Shown here: positions 61,646 to 64,000 of the stretch, piece by piece | Layout: each line of letters begins with the position of its first letter | Numbering within the stretch: the stretch's first letter is position 1 | Assembly (NCBI RefSeq): GCF_018977255.1 | Contig: NW_024704743.1 | Location: forward strand, 69,194,001 to 69,258,000 | Length of the DNA stretch: 64,000 nt | Source of the DNA: Callorhinchus milii | Lineage: Eukaryota | Direction: 5' to 3' | Notes under the pieces: model-generated | What the model saw: the letters and a program-made list of their open reading frames with translations, nothing else | The model's database searches: none | What the model was told of the DNA's origin: nothing | Translations under genes and position numbers: made by a program

Positions 61646-64000
61646 TTAACTAAGATTCTGTAAGAGACTTATGGCTACAGCTGCTGTCCACAGTGACCTT
61701 CTGAAAGTTACCGCAAGATATAGTGGGAGAGCTAGTGCATCACCATTCACATTGCCAAAATATTTCTTCCTACATATGGCAAAAGTCTGAATACAGTCAA
61801 CAAGCCATTTTACTAACAGGTTTAGAAATGGGACACAAGTTAGGATAAGATTTACACAATCAAAAAAGTACCTTGGCAACCAAATAACAAACTCCACATT
61901 CCAACACAAATTTACGAGATCACGAAAAAGAAGAAATGGTAATTTCTTGTTGGGATTTAAAGCTCAACATCACCTTCAAATGGAATGTGGGATGAGGTTG
62001 GAACACTAGTTGTTCATCATGCTATGTCTAGTATGGTTGTTCAGCTGCCAACATCTGGAGTTCACTAAATGTACGAGCTGAGATCACAGACATCAAGAAT
62101 GCAGTTTCCAGGTCAGGAATTATAATTCACAAATCGAAGAAGCTCAAAGGGAAGATGTATAAATGTACGAAAAAAAAGTTGAAAACCAAGAGCAGGTGCC
62201 TGCTTTTGTGATACAAGCTATATGAGTTTGCTTGTCAAGACAACTTCTTAAGAGACCAAAACCTGAAAGACATAAAGCTACTATATGCAAATCAGATCCA
62301 GATTTCAAGATCAGCGGGTTTGGGAGTTAATCCAATGTAGTCAGAATCTCACAAATAGTGGATCCAGATGTCTGGATAATCTTCAGAGAACAAACTTCTC
62401 CCTTTGTTATTGTAAACTTTATGGCAAGAAATCTTCTGGAGACCAGTAAAGAATTTCCAGATGGGAAATGACCTTCCAGTAGGAGCTTTACTTGATCAAC
62501 TGCCAGTCATCAAATGAAAGCCAATTGAGTCCAGGTGCAGAATCTGCTCTTCAAAGTTTTTCCCTGTTTGGCCATTGTCTATCAAGCATCTACGCTGACT
62601 AATCTTTTCTCCTTGAACAGTATTGAGAAGTTGATAGTTGTCCAAACAAAGCAAACTAGTCTGTTTCTGTAATCCAATATACTGAATAGATAATCAGCCA
62701 CCTCATAAAACTATAGTTGAGAAAATGAATCAATTAGCATTTAAAGGTACACATAATCTCTTCACACTCTACATTTTGGGCTAAGATTGACTAAGTGACC
62801 TGAAACCAACATGCAACCTGAAAATGCCATCCTGCACGAAGGCCACTATATACAGTGAATCGTTTCTTGAACAACCACTCAAGGATTGGGCCAAAGTGGC
62901 CTTTATATAAGGATGGTCTCAGAGTACGGGTTTGATGTGCAAACCAGGCTGTCTGGGCTGTTCCAGGGTGGTTGTTAACAGGGGGAGTGCTGATTGGTCG
63001 TGGTTGCTTGAACATGTTTGACTGTAGTTGTTGTGCTCTGGCAAACAAATTGAATTAGTTATTTCTCATTTGTCAATATGGCATCAGACTGACCAAAGTC
63101 TGGATGTAGATCAGATTACCTGAATATTCCATGAGATGGCCTGAGTACATACAAATCCAGATTGGGTTTGGATCCACAGAACCATAGACATATAGGAGGC
63201 CATTCATACCTTCTCTCTGTCGGTGTTTGCTCTCCAAGAAACCATCCACCTTAACCCCAATTCCTTGCTCTTTCCCCATATCCTCTAATACTAAGAATTT
63301 CTAAAACATACCAGGAATGACACCATTGATTACCTAAGGAGAAAACTCTGATAATCAAATTGCCTTAATAATGAATACAGCTACAAACGCTATAACCATA
63401 TCTCAGTTGTAACTTCAAGAGATATATTGTAAACACCAGTGGCCGAAAGGGAGTACTTGGTACCAGTAGTTCAGAATGATTGACCTTCAGGAAAATAAGT
63501 TCCTGTTATGTGGAGGATTTAAATTGTTAACAAAACAAATCACAAGGATACAGCTCTCTTTCAGATCCTTGATGCTAATGATGTCGCATGTCACTCTTTC
63601 CTCCCACACCGTGTAAAGATGTTGCTTGTGAAAATTAATAATTTAAGATCTTCAAAACGATATCCCACATGAAGGGACTTTATAAATATTGTTCTTGTAA
63701 AATCTCTTTGAGGTCTATCTTCTGGGCAGACACCATGGTTAACCTAAGGAACTTGAAAGCCTCCTCTGGAATAGTACGATCAAATGCTCCAAAACTGGAT
63801 TTGTTCTTAATGGAGGAGGTGGGGAAGAAAGAGATGAAAACTACAGAGAGAAATAAATTCATATCCTTCTTTTGTTTCCTGGAACTTAATTGATAGCATC
63901 GGAATGAACACAATTGAAGATTTGGCAGTGAGATTCATTCTCTTTCTCACCCCAAAGTGATTTGAATGGATCCTTCTGGTGACTCATAAATCCTAATGAG
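61646..64000 (-). mobile_element. Heavily decayed DIRS-type (tyrosine recombinase) retrotransposon in HACL1 intron 8
   Basis: Frameshift-corrected PFE..EL*FLTWKTAFLMSVISARTFSELQMLA..QPY...LVFQPHPTFHLKV...QEI (about 62150-61935), KWLVDCIQ and TAAVAISLLQ match the DIRS YR. Upstream ILHLDSIGFHL and NLFA resemble the end of the pol ORF. The right boundary is uncertain. Confidence 0.72.

Noticed and set aside
62270..62560. Endogenous viral element
   Set aside because: The adjacent frames are better explained by DIRS pol-end and YR motifs.
59410..64000. HACL1 exon 8 (..PLLIIGK)
   Set aside because: No matching exon found; it is presumably outside the window.

Overview
Vertebrate genomic DNA. The repeat content (CR1 and L2 LINEs, tRNA-derived DeuSINEs, Penelope-like fragments) points to a cartilaginous fish, possibly a chimaera; this is inference. 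The only protein-coding gene I can support is the 3' half of HACL1 (2-hydroxyacyl-CoA lyase 1) on the minus strand: nine GT-AG exons between 59409 and 37255 that splice into one open frame ending ...TRSNL*. Its upstream exons appear to lie beyond 64000. Most ORF-track entries are retroelement fragments or chance ORFs. Other content: a decayed DIRS (tyrosine-recombinase) retrotransposon, an RTEX-like LINE family in about 5 copies, a probable Gypsy RNase H remnant, a hAT-like MITE, a decayed 28S rRNA fragment, and a repeat-poor CpG-retaining block near 13-14.6 kb that may be the 5' end of the next gene. The best leads are a frame-preserving 93-nt candidate cassette exon in HACL1, an inverted repeat pair bracketing HACL1 exon 9, tail-to-tail L2/SINE hairpins in HACL1 introns, and three short local duplications spaced 0.8-0.95 kb apart, one of which copies a palindromic AATAAAGCTTTATT signal into a SINE. 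I found no convincing novel multi-gene system.
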